Shown: one piece after another, positions 39,841 to 51,882 of the stretch
How the letters are laid out: each line of letters starts with the position of its first letter
How positions within the stretch are numbered: position 1 is the stretch's first letter
Source: Phoronis australis
Taxonomy: Eukaryota > Animalia > Phoronida
Assembly (NCBI GenBank): GCA_002633005.1
Contig: NMRA01000510.1
Coordinates: 174,595-238,594, forward strand
Length of the DNA: 64,000 nucleotides
Reading direction: 5' to 3'
Translations under genes and position numbers: made by a program
The notes under the pieces: model-generated
What the model was told of the DNA's origin: nothing
Seen by the model: only the letters and a program-made list of their open reading frames with translations
The model's database searches: none

Positions 39841-40974
39841 NNNNNNNNNNNNNNNNNNNNNNNNNNNNNNNNNNNNNNNNNNNNNNNNNNNNNNNNNNNN
39901 NNNNNNNNNNNNNNNNNNNNNNNNNNNNNNNNNNNNNNNNNNNNNNNNNNNNNNNNNNNNNNNNNNNNNNNNNNNNNNNNNNNNNNNNNNNNNNNNNNNN
40001 NNNNNNNNNNNNNNNNNNNNNNNNNNNNNNNNNNNNNNNNNNNNNNNNNNNNNNNNNNNNNNNNNNNNNNNNNNNNNNNNNNNNNNNNNNNNNNNNNNNN
40101 NNNNNNNNNNNNNNNNNNNNNNNNNNNNNNNNNNNNNNNNNNNNNNNNNNNNNNNNNNNNNNNNNNNNNNNNNNNNNNNNNNNNNNNNNNNNNNNNNNNN
40201 NNNNNNNNNNNNNNNNNNNNNNNNNNNNNNNNNNNNNNNNNNNNNNNNNNNNNNNNNNNNNNNNNNNNNNNNNNNNNNNNNNNNNNNNNNNNNNNNNNNN
40301 NNNNNNNNNNNNNNNNNNNNNNNNNNNNNNNNNNNNNNNNNNNNNNNNNNNNNNNNNNNNNNNNNNNNNNNNNNNNNNNNNNNNNNNNNNNNNNNNNNNN
40401 NNNNNNNNNNNNNNNNNNNNNNNNNNNNNNNNNNNNNNNNNNNNNNNNNNNNNNNNNNNNNNNNNNNNNNNNNNNNNNNNNNNNNNNNNNNNNNNNNNNN
40501 NNNCTGATGACACGCACGCGCTCGTTCACTCGGTGCACACCAGCTGATTCACTTCAATACAAACGTCACGTGACAACAACATATGTGTTCGTCCAGATTT
40601 TTCTCGTTGCGGGGTGCGATCTAGCGCAGATTTTGACTTAATCTGCGGTTAATCCCGACTCCGAGTCCACAGGAACTTAAGAATCTTAGGAAAGGCTATT
40701 TGGGAGGATTTCAGGTAATTTGAGTCGAAACTATTTTTACTCAAGAATTCACGTTGTCCTATCGACGATCGCGAAGCAGCGACGCATCAGTCGGTAAGCT
40801 TTCGCCCTGGGATTTTAGCACATTAAAAAGATAGCAATGCACCACAGTTTTGTAGCTAGTCTGTCATAGGTTACACATACGTCACAGCCCGTACTAAATT
40901 TGATGAATCCTAGCTTCCGATTTCACCCGTTTCGGAGACCAGGTTTTAACTGCCGTAGGCTACAAAAAGAGTCC

Positions 40975-41004
40975 CCCTGGGCGCTTATTAGAGCGAATAC
41001 GGTA
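40975..41004. mobile_element. Single pogo/Tigger-like MITE terminus
   Basis: gggcgcttattagagcgaatacgg|ta resembles TA|CCGTATT... termini; the partner end was not found and may lie in the gap. Confidence 0.35.
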
Positions 41005-41551
41005 GCCCTAATAGATGGTGACATCAGTGCACGAAACGATGATTTTTATTTAAATTAGCAGCAAGTTTGTGGTGACTGGCGCCAACGGCCGGGTGACCGA
41101 ACTTGGGCTGGCGAGCACGGTTTTTCAAGACTAAAAACCTGGGTATATCCCTGACTTCCACACTTTTTCAAAAGAGGGGAAACTACTAAGGAATGGCTGA
41201 GGAGGGTAAAAGTCTAGTTGCCGTAAGTATTGGTATGTTTTTTGGAGATCGATTCAACATCAGACAACTTGATTTTTGGTAACGTTGATAAGTCTTTTGA
41301 CCACAACACCTTGCAGGACGATGCCATGTTTGTCAAGGCGCCTCGTTTTCGATCAACACGACAGCAGCGCCCCGCGTTCGCGAAAGAGGTGAATAGAGAC
41401 AGCAGGTTATTGAATCGAGTGTAACAGTTGCTGGAAGTATCTCAGAAGTTCAATACAAGTCAAGGCTTCGCAGCACTGGCTGGAGCATAAACAGACGTAC
41501 ATTACGTCGGACGTTTTGTTTGAGTAGGCTTGTGAACGTACGGTCGGGATT

Positions 41552-42540
41552 CAGTGGCGGATCTAGGATATCACAAGGGGGGGCCCAACATTTTGTCCGG
41601 CTGTAAGCATTTGCGCAAACTGAACCACGATTGTAGATGCGCATAGCACCGAATGGGGGGAGGTCGGGAGGGGGAGGAAATTTTTCTGTTTTTACCTCTA
41701 AAAATCAAGCATTTTCCTTGATTCCTGAAGTATTATTCAAGAAAAAAAAAAACACACACACACACAGAGAACGTGTCAAACAGGAAAACTGAATGTATCA
41801 AAGAGTTGAACTCACGACCTGGCGGTTAGAGAGCGCGTGCGTTACCACTACACCACCACGATTTAATTAGTTATCTCATACTAAAAGACCTACTTGTTCA
41901 TGGTCCACAGCGTTTGCGGGCGAAACCTACTTCTTTTCGTAATGCTTATTACACGTTTTATATTTTGTGCCATGAATTCTTAACAAATTTGTCGTATTTA
42001 AAATAGTCTTCAAATGCCCAAAAGACCAAATCCGTTTTTCGTGTTGGCAATAATGACGGATTGCTTTGGAAATCGTCTAAGTTAAGGTTTGACAAAGAGA
42101 GTATTGCGAGTTTCTGAGTGATTCACTAAGGCTTCGATTAAAATTCACATCTTACCAGCAGCTTCTGTTTTTTCCTCATCACTCAGGTTCCATTCTCTTT
42201 AAAAAATGAAGTAAATTTTCTTNNNNNNNNNNNNNNNNNNNNNNNNNNNNNNNNNNNNNNNNNNNNNNNNNNNNNNNNNNNNNNNNNNNNNNNNNNNNNN
42301 NNNNNNNNNNNNNNNNNNNNNNNNNNNNNNNNNNNNNNNNNNNNNNNNNNNNNNNNNNNNNNNNNNNNNNNNNNNNNNNNNNNNNNNNNNNNNNNTGCAC
42401 ACATTTAAATCTTTTTCATCCGTATAATTTTAATTACCGGGGTTAATTAATAAACTCACCATTCCCTTCGCTCTTACTGTTTTAATTTTTTTTGCGGCAG
42501 CCAAGGGGGGGGGGGGGCCGGGCCCCCCCTAAATCCGTCT
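41552..42540 (-). mobile_element. Copy 3 (inverted) of family R
   Basis: Starts CAGTGGCGGATCTAGGATATCAC and ends ccccccctaaatccg; contains the gap at 42223-42395. Confidence 0.88.
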
Positions 42541-43544
42541 AATTAATAAAGGATTAACTCGAACCAGTCTTCAGTCAATCTTCGCACCAAAAGCTATTAG
42601 CACCGGTCTGTAACAACCTGCGCCCACCCACACACGGGGGAAAAACGTGACAGTCACGAAGAGGCACTGTTTTCAAAACGACGACAGATTTTTCTTTGTT
42701 ACAAAAGGCGGCTCGGAGATTTACGACAAATAACGTTTATTAGATTGTTATGTTTTATTACTGCTATAAAGGGATGTAACGGGCATGGAGAGTGTCGGTT
42801 CATTCCCAGGTTCTGCATGCAACCTTGCAGGTCGTTAGCTCTATATATAAGTTTCACGACGAGGTGACGAGCTGATCATCCGGGTTGTGTGAAATTTCGG
42901 TGTCTAACGGAGCTCTACACACGGCTACCAAGCTTTATGTTGACGATAGTCTTCATACAGTTAGCTTGCTTTCATAGTTACGGCAGGGTCAAATGTTCTG
43001 CAAAGAAATTTGTAGTGCCTGGGGAAAGAATCCAGCACCCGCACACCTTGCCAACTAAAATCTGTCAGTGACAGAAATTCTGATTGAAGCTTTGAACACG
43101 GTCTTTTTAAAAAGTATTTCCCGTCTTGTGATGAACACTAATGTTCATTCTGAGGTGAGATTCCCCTCGGCGCTTCCCACTATAGCTGCTAGTTCTGGTT
43201 TAACTGCCACTGTGGTGAGTTTTATGATGGTATGACGACTAGAATATTAGGTCAAAGAGCAAATGAACATTATAAAAGTGACAACAGTACCCTGTGTATC
43301 CATTCTTTGGTAACAGGTCATGTAGTTGGTCAAAATGCTAGGGCTTCGCTGAATGACAACCTGGGTCGATTGAGCTCACCCTTTAGGATATATTTGACCT
43401 TTGTATGTGACTGTTTTACAAGTGTGACTTTTAGTTCAGTTGTTCTTGTTACTTGTGACCCTGCTGTTGGGTTTGGCGAACTCCTTGAGAATGATGACTT
43501 CGTCGAAACGTTAGAATCGTGTATATATGTAATTACAGAATGTT

Positions 43545-43883
43545 AACAATTATGTTGGCGTTTCTCAGTACCGTCAATAGTAATGTGATATCCAAGATTT
43601 TCTATTACACACAATATTTTATGTTGACAATTTGTTATGGTATATACTTTCTATGTTATACGCTGTCTGAGCTTCACTTTTCTTCAGTTCCAGGGGAACG
43701 TTTCACTTTTCCGAAATAACAATTATGTTGGCGTTTCTACTGTCAATAGTAATGTGATACCCAAGATTTTCTAATATACACAATATTTCATGTCGACAAT
43801 TTGTTATGGTATATACTTTCTATGCTATACGCTGTCTGAGCTTCACTTTTCTTTCCAGGGGAACGTTTCAGTTTTCCGAAATA
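43545..43883 (+). repeat. Tandem duplication (period ~165 bp) of the intron end, acceptor and first 25 nt of an ACSF2 exon
   Basis: acaattatgttggcgtttct...cttcactttt-cttc/ttccag|gggaacgtttca-ttttccgaaata occurs twice; the AGs end at 43693 and 43858. Confidence 0.92.
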
Positions 43884-43976
43884 TCTCGTAGTGGGGAAAG
43901 TCAACCGAAGCTCCTTATAGAGGACCTGAAGTACAAAATTCAGCCAGATGACCCCGTAAACATTCAATTCACATCG
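43859..43976 (+). CDS. ACSF2: ACSF2-like exon (GTFQFSEISRSG...IQPDDPVNIQFTS)
   Basis: ctttccag| ... |gtaagt, phase 2/0; DDPxNIQFTS is the first half of the AMP-binding signature. Confidence 0.95.
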
Positions 43977-44697
43977 GTAAGTTCAGCAAAAGACTAGGTT
44001 GACCTAAAAACGGGGTTTTGTATTAGTCGTGGCCTAAAATGAAACGATTGTACATCATAGTCATGCATTATCAAACTGACAATAGCAAATGTGAATTGTT
44101 TACGCTGTGCCTGAGGTGTATTTGCATGTGAGCGACCGCTCAGCTAGGGCACCACAGATCAAGTGACGTTCAATAGAAATTAGCACAGCTGTTTTTATGA
44201 TCTCATGTCTACACTATTTTGCCGTTCTTTTGCAGTACTAGCGTGCTTCTGTACTTTTGCATGTAATTATCACAAAAGTAGGCCTACATATCCTAGGTAC
44301 TCTGCCCGTGAATCGTTTATCCAGCCACTCAAATACATAAATTGTTCCTCTCATCGTTTTTTCATTTGATACAAGTAAATATTCCCATTTCCAAACATAA
44401 ACTGTGCCTCCCGGTTAAGGATTACCTCCCCTAAACAGACCATTCAGTGCATTAGTTCGTAAACGAAAGTTTCAAAACATGTCAGTTTGACAAAGGTGAC
44501 CAACGTTTCCCGGCAAAATTGGGCCTTCCCATGTCAATCGCAGGCCTTGGCTCAGTTCTTTGCAGTGGTGGAAACTACTGGCCAAAAGTTGCAGTTTGTT
44601 AGAGTAAATCGGCCTATTTTAAAATTTTCACGAAGAGTTTGAAGAAAGTGTGGGTCTCGTGAAACGAGTTTGTTAACTTATAAAATACTTATTCAAG

Positions 44698-44793
44698 GGA
44701 ACAACAGGAAGTCCAAAGGGAGCCACGTTATCTCACCATAATATGCTTAACAATGCGAGATTCGTTGGACGTCGCATGGAATTTCACAAAAAG
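44698..44793 (+). CDS. ACSF2: ACSF2-like P-loop exon, copy a (GTTGSPKGATLSHHNMLNNARFVGRRMEFHKK)
   Basis: attcaag| ... |gtacga, 96 nt, phase 0/0; completes TSGTTGxPKG. Confidence 0.95.
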
Positions 44794-44862
44794 GTACGAT
44801 TGTCGCGTTGCATTGTGGGTGTCGTGGAACCTTCTTTAACACACTAAAAATACTTATTCAAG

Positions 44863-44958
44863 GGCACGACAAGAAGTGCAAAGGGAGCCACGTTATCTCA
44901 CCATAATATGCTTAACAATGCGAGATTCATTGGACGTCGCATGGAATTTCACAAAAAG
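44863..44958 (+). CDS. ACSF2: Duplicated P-loop exon, copy b (GTTRSAKGATLSHHNMLNNARFIGRRMEFHKK); usage unknown
   Basis: Same acceptor (tacttattcaag) and donor (aag|gtacga), 96 nt, open frame, 5 substitutions relative to copy a. Confidence 0.45.
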
Positions 44959-45196
44959 GTACGAGAGACACGTTGGGAACCGTGTATAATGTAAGTCCGT
45001 TTTGTCAAGATTCGCCTGCAATACCAATTGAACGTAACGTCTCGATATTGAAGTGATATTGTATAGTGACATTCAAGTGATAAAACGAGATTCCGCTCAA
45101 GACTAAGATCTAATTTTATATATTGTTTACGTCGCTTTCGGAAGCACAGGAGTTCAACTGGGCTGTTGAACCATTCCCTTGTCGGTTCCTTTACAG

Positions 45197-45345
45197 GAAG
45201 CGCGTCTGTGTGCCCCTGTGCCGCTCTTCCATTGTTTCGGGTGCAGTGTGGCAGGTCTCCAGACGATACTACATGGTACAACCGTCGTATATCCAACACT
45301 CACTTTTGCTCCCGAGCCGACTTTGAAAGCCGTGGAAGACGAGAG
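45197..45345 (+). CDS. ACSF2: ACSF2-like exon (EARLCAPVPLFHCFGCSVAG...LKAVEDE)
   Basis: tttacag| ... |gtattc, phase 0/2; PLFHCFG motif. Confidence 0.95.
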
Positions 45346-45437
45346 GTATTCGAAAATTTTTAAGCATTTCTTAGTGATCAAATGAATATGACCAGCTGAT
45401 TGTGATTCGATGAGACGGAGTGTTTGTCTTGTGCCGA

Positions 45438-45490
45438 AACGGCACCTTTAACCTAGCTTCTGTAACGGCACCTTTAACCTAGCTTCTGTA
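45438..45490 (+). repeat. 26-bp tandem duplication
   Basis: aacggcacctttaacctagcttctgt x2. Confidence 0.9.
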
Positions 45491-45589
45491 GTCGCGAGGT
45501 AATCGGATTGGTCGTTGCGGTCTGTGAAATGGATGCCACTCGAGTACCAGTGTAAATGGTTGGATTGTTGTACGTGAACTTGAAATTCT

Positions 45590-45698
45590 GCTTAATCTCA
45601 AGATTAAGTGGAAGTGAGTGTTGCGTGAACTCGGAATTCCAAGATCACTTGTGTGGTCTTGGAATTCCTAGTTCACGCAAATGATCTTGAGATTAAGC
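45590..45698. repeat. Foldback palindrome
   Basis: gcttaatctcaagat...ttgcgtgaactcggaattccaagatcac | gtggtcttggaattcctagttcacgcaa...atcttgagattaagc. Confidence 0.8.
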
Positions 45699-46072
45699 AA
45701 ACTGCCAAACCCCGTACGTGAACTTGCGTGCTGCCTGGCACACAATCACAGAACAAGGCGCTTGGGCTGAAATCGTTACTGAACCGGTAGGCTACGGAGA
45801 GAAAAGATTTCTAAAAAATCGAAATAAAGCTCCCGTGGCCTGGTCATGAATATTGGTTAGTACCCAGGGACTGGAATAAAAAATCATTTAAGGACTGTTT
45901 TGTGATTACATGTTCCCTCAGTAATGCATCGGGCACTCAAGGTCATGGCCCTACGGCTACGGTGGCCATTTGAGTCGTATTATTTTCTGTGTTGCTGCCT
46001 ATTTCAATATAAAAATAAAGTTTCGATGTTTGAAATTAGTGCCTGAATGATGCTTGACCAAGAGGTGAATTA

Positions 46073-46585
46073 AACATTCACTAACTCGTTGCAATACATT
46101 TTCAAAGCATTTTTTTAATTAATTTTGAAACACTTCTGATCACATTCGCAGGTTTTTCTACCCAATTCCAAGTTTAAGCATAGGCGTGACTCCTTTAAAC
46201 TTGGAATAATTCAATTTCTGCTTTACAAAAACTCATGTGGTGAACCAAACATTCTCTAACTGGTTGCAATACATTTTAAATGCCTTTTTCTATTACCTGT
46301 AGAACACTTCTGAGCGCATTCGCATTTTTTTTTTTCTACCTAATTCCAAGTTTAAGCAAGCCACGCTGGCTGCTTAATCTTGGAATAATTCAATTTCTTC
46401 TCTACAAAATTCGCGATGTGAACCAAACCTTCTGTTAATGGTTGCAATACAATGTAAATGCATTTTCTATTACTTCAAAACACCTATGAATGCATTCGCA
46501 GTTGTTTTCTACCCAATTCCAAGTTTAAGTAAGGGCGTGGCTCGCTTAAACTTGGAATAATTCAATTTCTGCTTTACAAAAATTC
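46073..46585 (+). repeat. Three-copy tandem repeat, unit ~177 bp, each unit containing a hairpin
   Basis: gttgcaatacat...cattcgca...ttctacc-aattccaagtttaag...cttaaacttggaataattcaatttct recurs three times. Confidence 0.88.
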
Positions 46586-48970
46586 GACTACGTAAACTGA
46601 CAAATTAATCTGGTAAGAAGTTTATCCAAATTTGACAGTCTCGGAGACTTCTGTTGAAGTCTGTCTAGTTATTTTGAAATATTTTAGAACATGAACCTTT
46701 AAAATGCAACATCGCAACATCCCGACTTGCACAGATATTCTGCTGCAGTAATCAATAATAATTTTTCGATGACAACACTGAGCGGACTCCATGGGATGTG
46801 TGCTGTGTAATGAATTGTCAAGTTCGTCTAGTGTCAGACAATTTCTCAAGACACAAAACACACAAACTCATAATAATGATTGCCGATACGAAAATTGCAG
46901 TTCACAACGGTCTCAATGTCTCTTTAGGGCCCTAACGTGCCACTGCTTGAACAAATATTACGCCGCCCAGCTTGACCAGCCTTCTGCACTCATGGTTCAG
47001 CTGCCTGGTGATAGAACTTAAGGGTCACGTGTTCCAAAGCGTTTTGACTGATATGAGCACCATGTGCGTGGCAAAGCACAACATTACTGCCCTCCGCCCA
47101 AACTATCGGTAGACTGCCAAGTAACACGTGTATACCTGTCCAGCATTATCGTGACTGATACCTGCCTTTGCAAAACGAGCACATTTGCATAACTATACAA
47201 ATGAGTTGGCTCACTATAGACCAACTAACAACAGCAATCTCTTGATATTCAAATCATATACAAGTCAGACCAAATTGTGACATGAATGGCTGTTATTTTA
47301 AAAAACAATCTATCCCCCGACATACTTATCATAACCTTTGACAAATGCAAAACTGCAATAAATGCTCAAATGGTGTAAACTTTTTCGATGCTTGCCTACT
47401 GTATACAAGAGCTACATGGAGTGTTGAAATGCACCCACGACTGCAACGCAATTCCAGTAGTGTTTTTGGAATCATAAAAATGGTCATTAGATGGTACCGC
47501 ATAATGTGTTAAACCAATCCGAAATGAGAAGGTGGCGTCATCTCTGTAAAACACACTATTTGCCAAATTTCATGAAAGTATGCCAACGAGCTCCTAACAT
47601 ACAGAGGCAAACGTAAAAAATTGACATTAGGGGACACAGCTTTAGTCTGATTTCTCTGTAACTCATTGTCATATGTTGCCATCTCTATAGAAGTCCATCT
47701 GCCAAATTTCGCAAAGGTCATAACAAGGGTTAGGGGGATACAGCTCTAGATGCAAAAAAGCAAAATTGCACCAGAAGTCAAAAACATCCGAAAATTAACA
47801 TCAGCCATGGTCTTCGCATCAGGAACACAATTGTCAATTTTCATAATCGTCCTTTGTCAATGGTTTGTCCGACAGAGACGAAGACGTCAAAAACCATACA
47901 CGAAAATTTTAAAATGACCACCAGGTGGCGCAGAAAATTAAATCTGTTATTCATGTTATTTCATTACATGACTGCTAGTACTGATTCTTCTGTCCTATGA
48001 CTGTCTGGAACACAGTTTGATAATTTTGACCCACCTCCCTGTGGAATAACACTTTTAGTTTACGCCACCAGGATTATCAAGCAACTAGCAATGTGACCAA
48101 TTAGATACCATAAACCCTGACAACAAAGCAAGCAGACAATGTCAGTACATCAAAGCATTAAAGAAGCATCAGTAGCCATTTAATAAAAAATATAGACTGT
48201 TCTATCGGGCAAATCAGGTTACTTAGACCTGAGAGCTAGGACATATGCTGCCTTTGGCCTGAGGCAACATTGCTCTTCCTTGGTCCATATTACACTCGGG
48301 ATCAGTATAATGCTTAGGACACTTCCTACACCATTCACTCTCAGACTGATAAGACAACAGTCAAGAATTCATTGGCCAGTAGCATTTAAGGTGATTCATT
48401 GGCAGGCAGCTTCAGATGCTGTAACAGCAATGAAATGGGGTCCTCCAACCTTGGCTAATCTGTTGACCTACAGACAGAGCACAGTAGCACGAATGGTTAT
48501 CACAGATTCTGTGTAAGCAATAAAGATGTTCACTAACTTGTGCTGTCAATGAGACCAGTTGTGTGTCCCTGATTTAGTAGCTTGAACATGCTGTGTCAGT
48601 TGAGGGCAACTCTTCCTCTTATCCGTGACTTTCTGGAACACAGGAAGCTGCTTGGAACCTGTTTAAAATAAATAGAATAGTTTAAATAAACTCTTCAATC
48701 AAAAATACGCATTGCAGACAAAATTGTTTTCATTTTTACATGCATAATACCTGTGACTAATACCAGATGTTCCTGCTAATACATATACAACGAGCTTTGA
48801 AAAGTGAGCAATGATCGAGATTTATTGTCAGTAGGTGAATGTTGGATCTACAAGAAAATCAAGTAAATGGAAAATCTATTATTCTGTTTCCACATTCTGG
48901 CAATGATAATTCATTGGACAGCAGATTCAAACAAGATCACCCATCACATTCAAGTATTTTATGTACTATA

Positions 48971-49185
48971 CTGTGGCGGATCTAGGATACCATAAGGAGG
49001 GCGGTCCAACATGTTGCCTCGAGGAATTGGGCAAAGAGCGACTGTATGTGCACAGGGAGCCGAAAGTTGTGAGGGTCGAGGGTGTGGACCTTCTGTTCAG
49101 ATAATCTATCGGTGGACTAAAAAAAAAGAAAAGGGAACACAGTTCCGCCGCGATCTGGGATCTGAGCCCCGCCACTCCGCTACTG
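48971..49185. mobile_element. Short MITE with C(A/T)GT(G/A)GCGGA termini
   Basis: ctgtggcggatctagg...tccgctactg; followed by a family-R end fragment at 49240-49290. Confidence 0.6.
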
Positions 49186-50193
49186 GTCCTAGTTACTGAA
49201 CTCTCTTTTTCTTCACACCTCACGCTGTTTCTGTTTCATTTTGCTTGCGGCAGCCAAGGGGGAGTGGGGGGGGGGGTCCCCGCCTATGCTATAGACAACT
49301 AAATACAACCTATAAATGAGAGCATTGATGGAACAAACACTTTCCTGATAGAAGACAACCTGCAAGGACAATGATATTGGGAGAAAGAACAATTCCTCGT
49401 GGTTTGTTGAACGTCTGTTTTGTACAAATTTAATGAGTTTTGTGTTTGCTATGGACAACTGAAGTGAAGCACCCGTGGAATTTCTAGTCCGGAGTGTCAT
49501 ACCTTGTAGTATTATATAGTGTATTATGGACGATCAGAAGCTGAGGACGCCTGTGAGGTCACTTAGGAAACCAAACTCGGTTTTGGCCTATTAACAGAAT
49601 GGATACTAAGAACGACTTTGCCAAATAATGCTCGACAACCCTCAAAAGTTTGGAGTGAAATTTGAAAACTCCTTTCAAAATCAGCTAAACGGATAAGCGT
49701 CATGACCTAGCGAATTACACAATTGCGGGAAAAGACCACCCACCAAAGACCATAATATCCACTTAGTGACGTAGGGATTCCTGCCTTTAAATTGGAAGAT
49801 TGACGCCAATTATGCATTAGCAGGTGACAGAACGAAGAATGGCGGAAATAACGTATGAAACGTTACGCAATGTTATGTTAGTTTGCCGTGAACTGTTGAA
49901 ACGAACGCATTTGCAATACAATTTTACATTTTCGTGATTCTGCCTTTCGATTTATTTGAACTTTGAAACCTAACTTTACAACCATGTTCTGCGTTTTTCT
50001 TCTAACATAGTCAGTGCTCGACTCTTAAACAGACTCGAGAGCTTAATGGCCATCGGAGGGCTTTTCACCAATTGGTGAAATAGACAAACACTAAAAGAAT
50101 GGGAGGAAAATTCTTATTCAATGTGGAAGTACTAACCAAATCAAATTATCCCGAGATGTTTGAGAAATTGCAAACGGTGTTATCTTTTTACCT

Positions 50194-50432
50194 CATGCGC
50201 GCACCCAGGGGGGAGGGGGCTCGAAGGAGCCCCCCATTTGGCGAAGTGGGCAAAAAGTCCGCCTCTGAGAAACAAAAAGTCCGACAAAAGGAGACAAAAG
50301 TCCAAGCACAAACGCGCAATTCACAGTGGTGCTTCTGTTTTTTTTTCAGTGCGCCCGCTTTTTTGGTACCAAAAGGTCCACACCGTCAGGAATTCGAGCC
50401 CCTCCCCATATTGAAGGCTGGGTGCGCGCATG
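50194..50432. mobile_element. 239-bp MITE with a perfect 15-bp TIR and 5-bp TSD
   Basis: TACCT|CATGCGCGCACCCAG...CTGGGTGCGCGCATG|TACCT. Confidence 0.9.
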
Positions 50433-51132
50433 TACCTTAATTTGACAACAACTAATCACATCGTCTGCCATGTTCTACTCTTAGTTTTTGACATAATGAC
50501 GTCTTGTAGTGACCCGAATGCCAGCCAGTGATCCCAGTGAACGCTTTGGTTCATACGTTCTTCGGTAGGTTAAAAATGCAAATGGCGGAGTGACAAGCGA
50601 AACGTAAAAAATCGAATCTTTGAGTGAGTAAGTTCTTTCGATGGGCTTGATTTCCTTGCAGTTATATTCGCCGTATTATTTCTTAAAATAAATGTGTTCA
50701 CGCGATTGCAAATTCGAAACATTTGAAGGTTGTCGATGGTTACAGAACATTATTTTAATTCACAGAACTAGATGGAAACGTCATTTTTAATATCTGTGGA
50801 TAGGCCAAAACCGGGTTTGTATCCTTTTAAGGGTTGGTTGTGAAAGGATAGCCCATATGCTTGAATTATGAAAGCATGCTTCCTTCACACAATTTGCAAG
50901 TCAAGGCCATTGTATCAGCCAGAGCGTGGTTCCAGTGACCACAAAATTTTAAGGTTCATCAGCGCACACGTCATTGATTCATATTTGGGGAACACCGTTC
51001 AGTTTTGGACCTGCTGGCTTTCTGATGGCATCCGTGACAGAATATTGTTTACATTGTTGCTTGTGATTTTCTCAAATGTTGTTATTTTGTAGTTAGTTGT
51101 TTTGACTTTTGATTGAGAAGCTTTTCTTATAG

Positions 51133-51224
51133 GTGCACAGCTATGTATGGTACCCCGACTATGTTTATCGACATGCTGAATTGTCCACAGTTCAATAAGT
51201 ACGATTTGTCAAGCTTGAACACGG
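51133..51224 (+). CDS. ACSF2: ACSF2-like exon ([30 protein letters not shown])
   Basis: ttcttatag| ... |gtaagg, phase 2/1; YGTPTMFxD motif. Confidence 0.95.
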
Positions 51225-51805
51225 GTAAGGTCCATGCTCTTGAGTTTTCCGTTAAAACGGCCGTATTTGATTTAGTAAACCACTTTATGAAATTGACCTC
51301 AAGAGAAAAACTGAAAGCGCGTTTTTGCTTGAAACCACACTCAACATGTTGACTTGTCACGGGGTGCCATTTTATTCACGGAGCATGTTCTCAAGCAATA
51401 ACAAGCTACCAGTTCTTTACAACAACAAAATTCACTCTTCGTCTGAATAAGGAACAAGCTCAGACGAACTATATAGCGGTAAGGTGGCTTTAAGTGTCCT
51501 CCGTCATTCATAAACCATAGCTTGCATGTTTTATATAGCACAATATAGAAAATATTGCCCGTAAAGTACCTGATGAGCCGGGCAGATGAGCAGTTTGTAC
51601 TAGATCCGGGACCTGTTCTGTAAACGCAAGACACTCTCGAGTAAAGCTAGTGTAATCACATGTTAGGCATGACGAGCTTGCGTGATCTTGTTTTTCTCTC
51701 AAAAAGCATGCGCTACATAACGCAGTCCCGTTAAGGCTGTAATGTCACATACTTCGAAAAAACATTCCTTGACAGTACACGCTAATATATCCAATGCATT
51801 TACAG

Positions 51806-51882
51806 GTATTATGGGAGCATCTGCATGTCCGTCGGAGATAATGAAACAAGTCATTAATAGGATGAACATGCCACAGATCACT
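51806..51882 (+). CDS. ACSF2: ACSF2-like exon (GIMGASACPSEIMKQVINRMNMPQIT)
   Basis: tttacag| ... |gtaagg, phase 1/0. Confidence 0.92.

Noticed and set aside
39692-40641. ORFs of 236-292 aa
   Set aside because: Artefacts of the N gap; the same applies to 42179-42404.
46073-46585. CRISPR-like regularly spaced palindromes
   Set aside because: The sequences between the palindromes are homologous to each other, there are no cas genes, and the context is a eukaryotic intron.
47100-48660. Helentron-like or decayed transposase sequence (tgccaaatttc motifs)
   Set aside because: Neither boundaries nor protein motifs could be established by eye.
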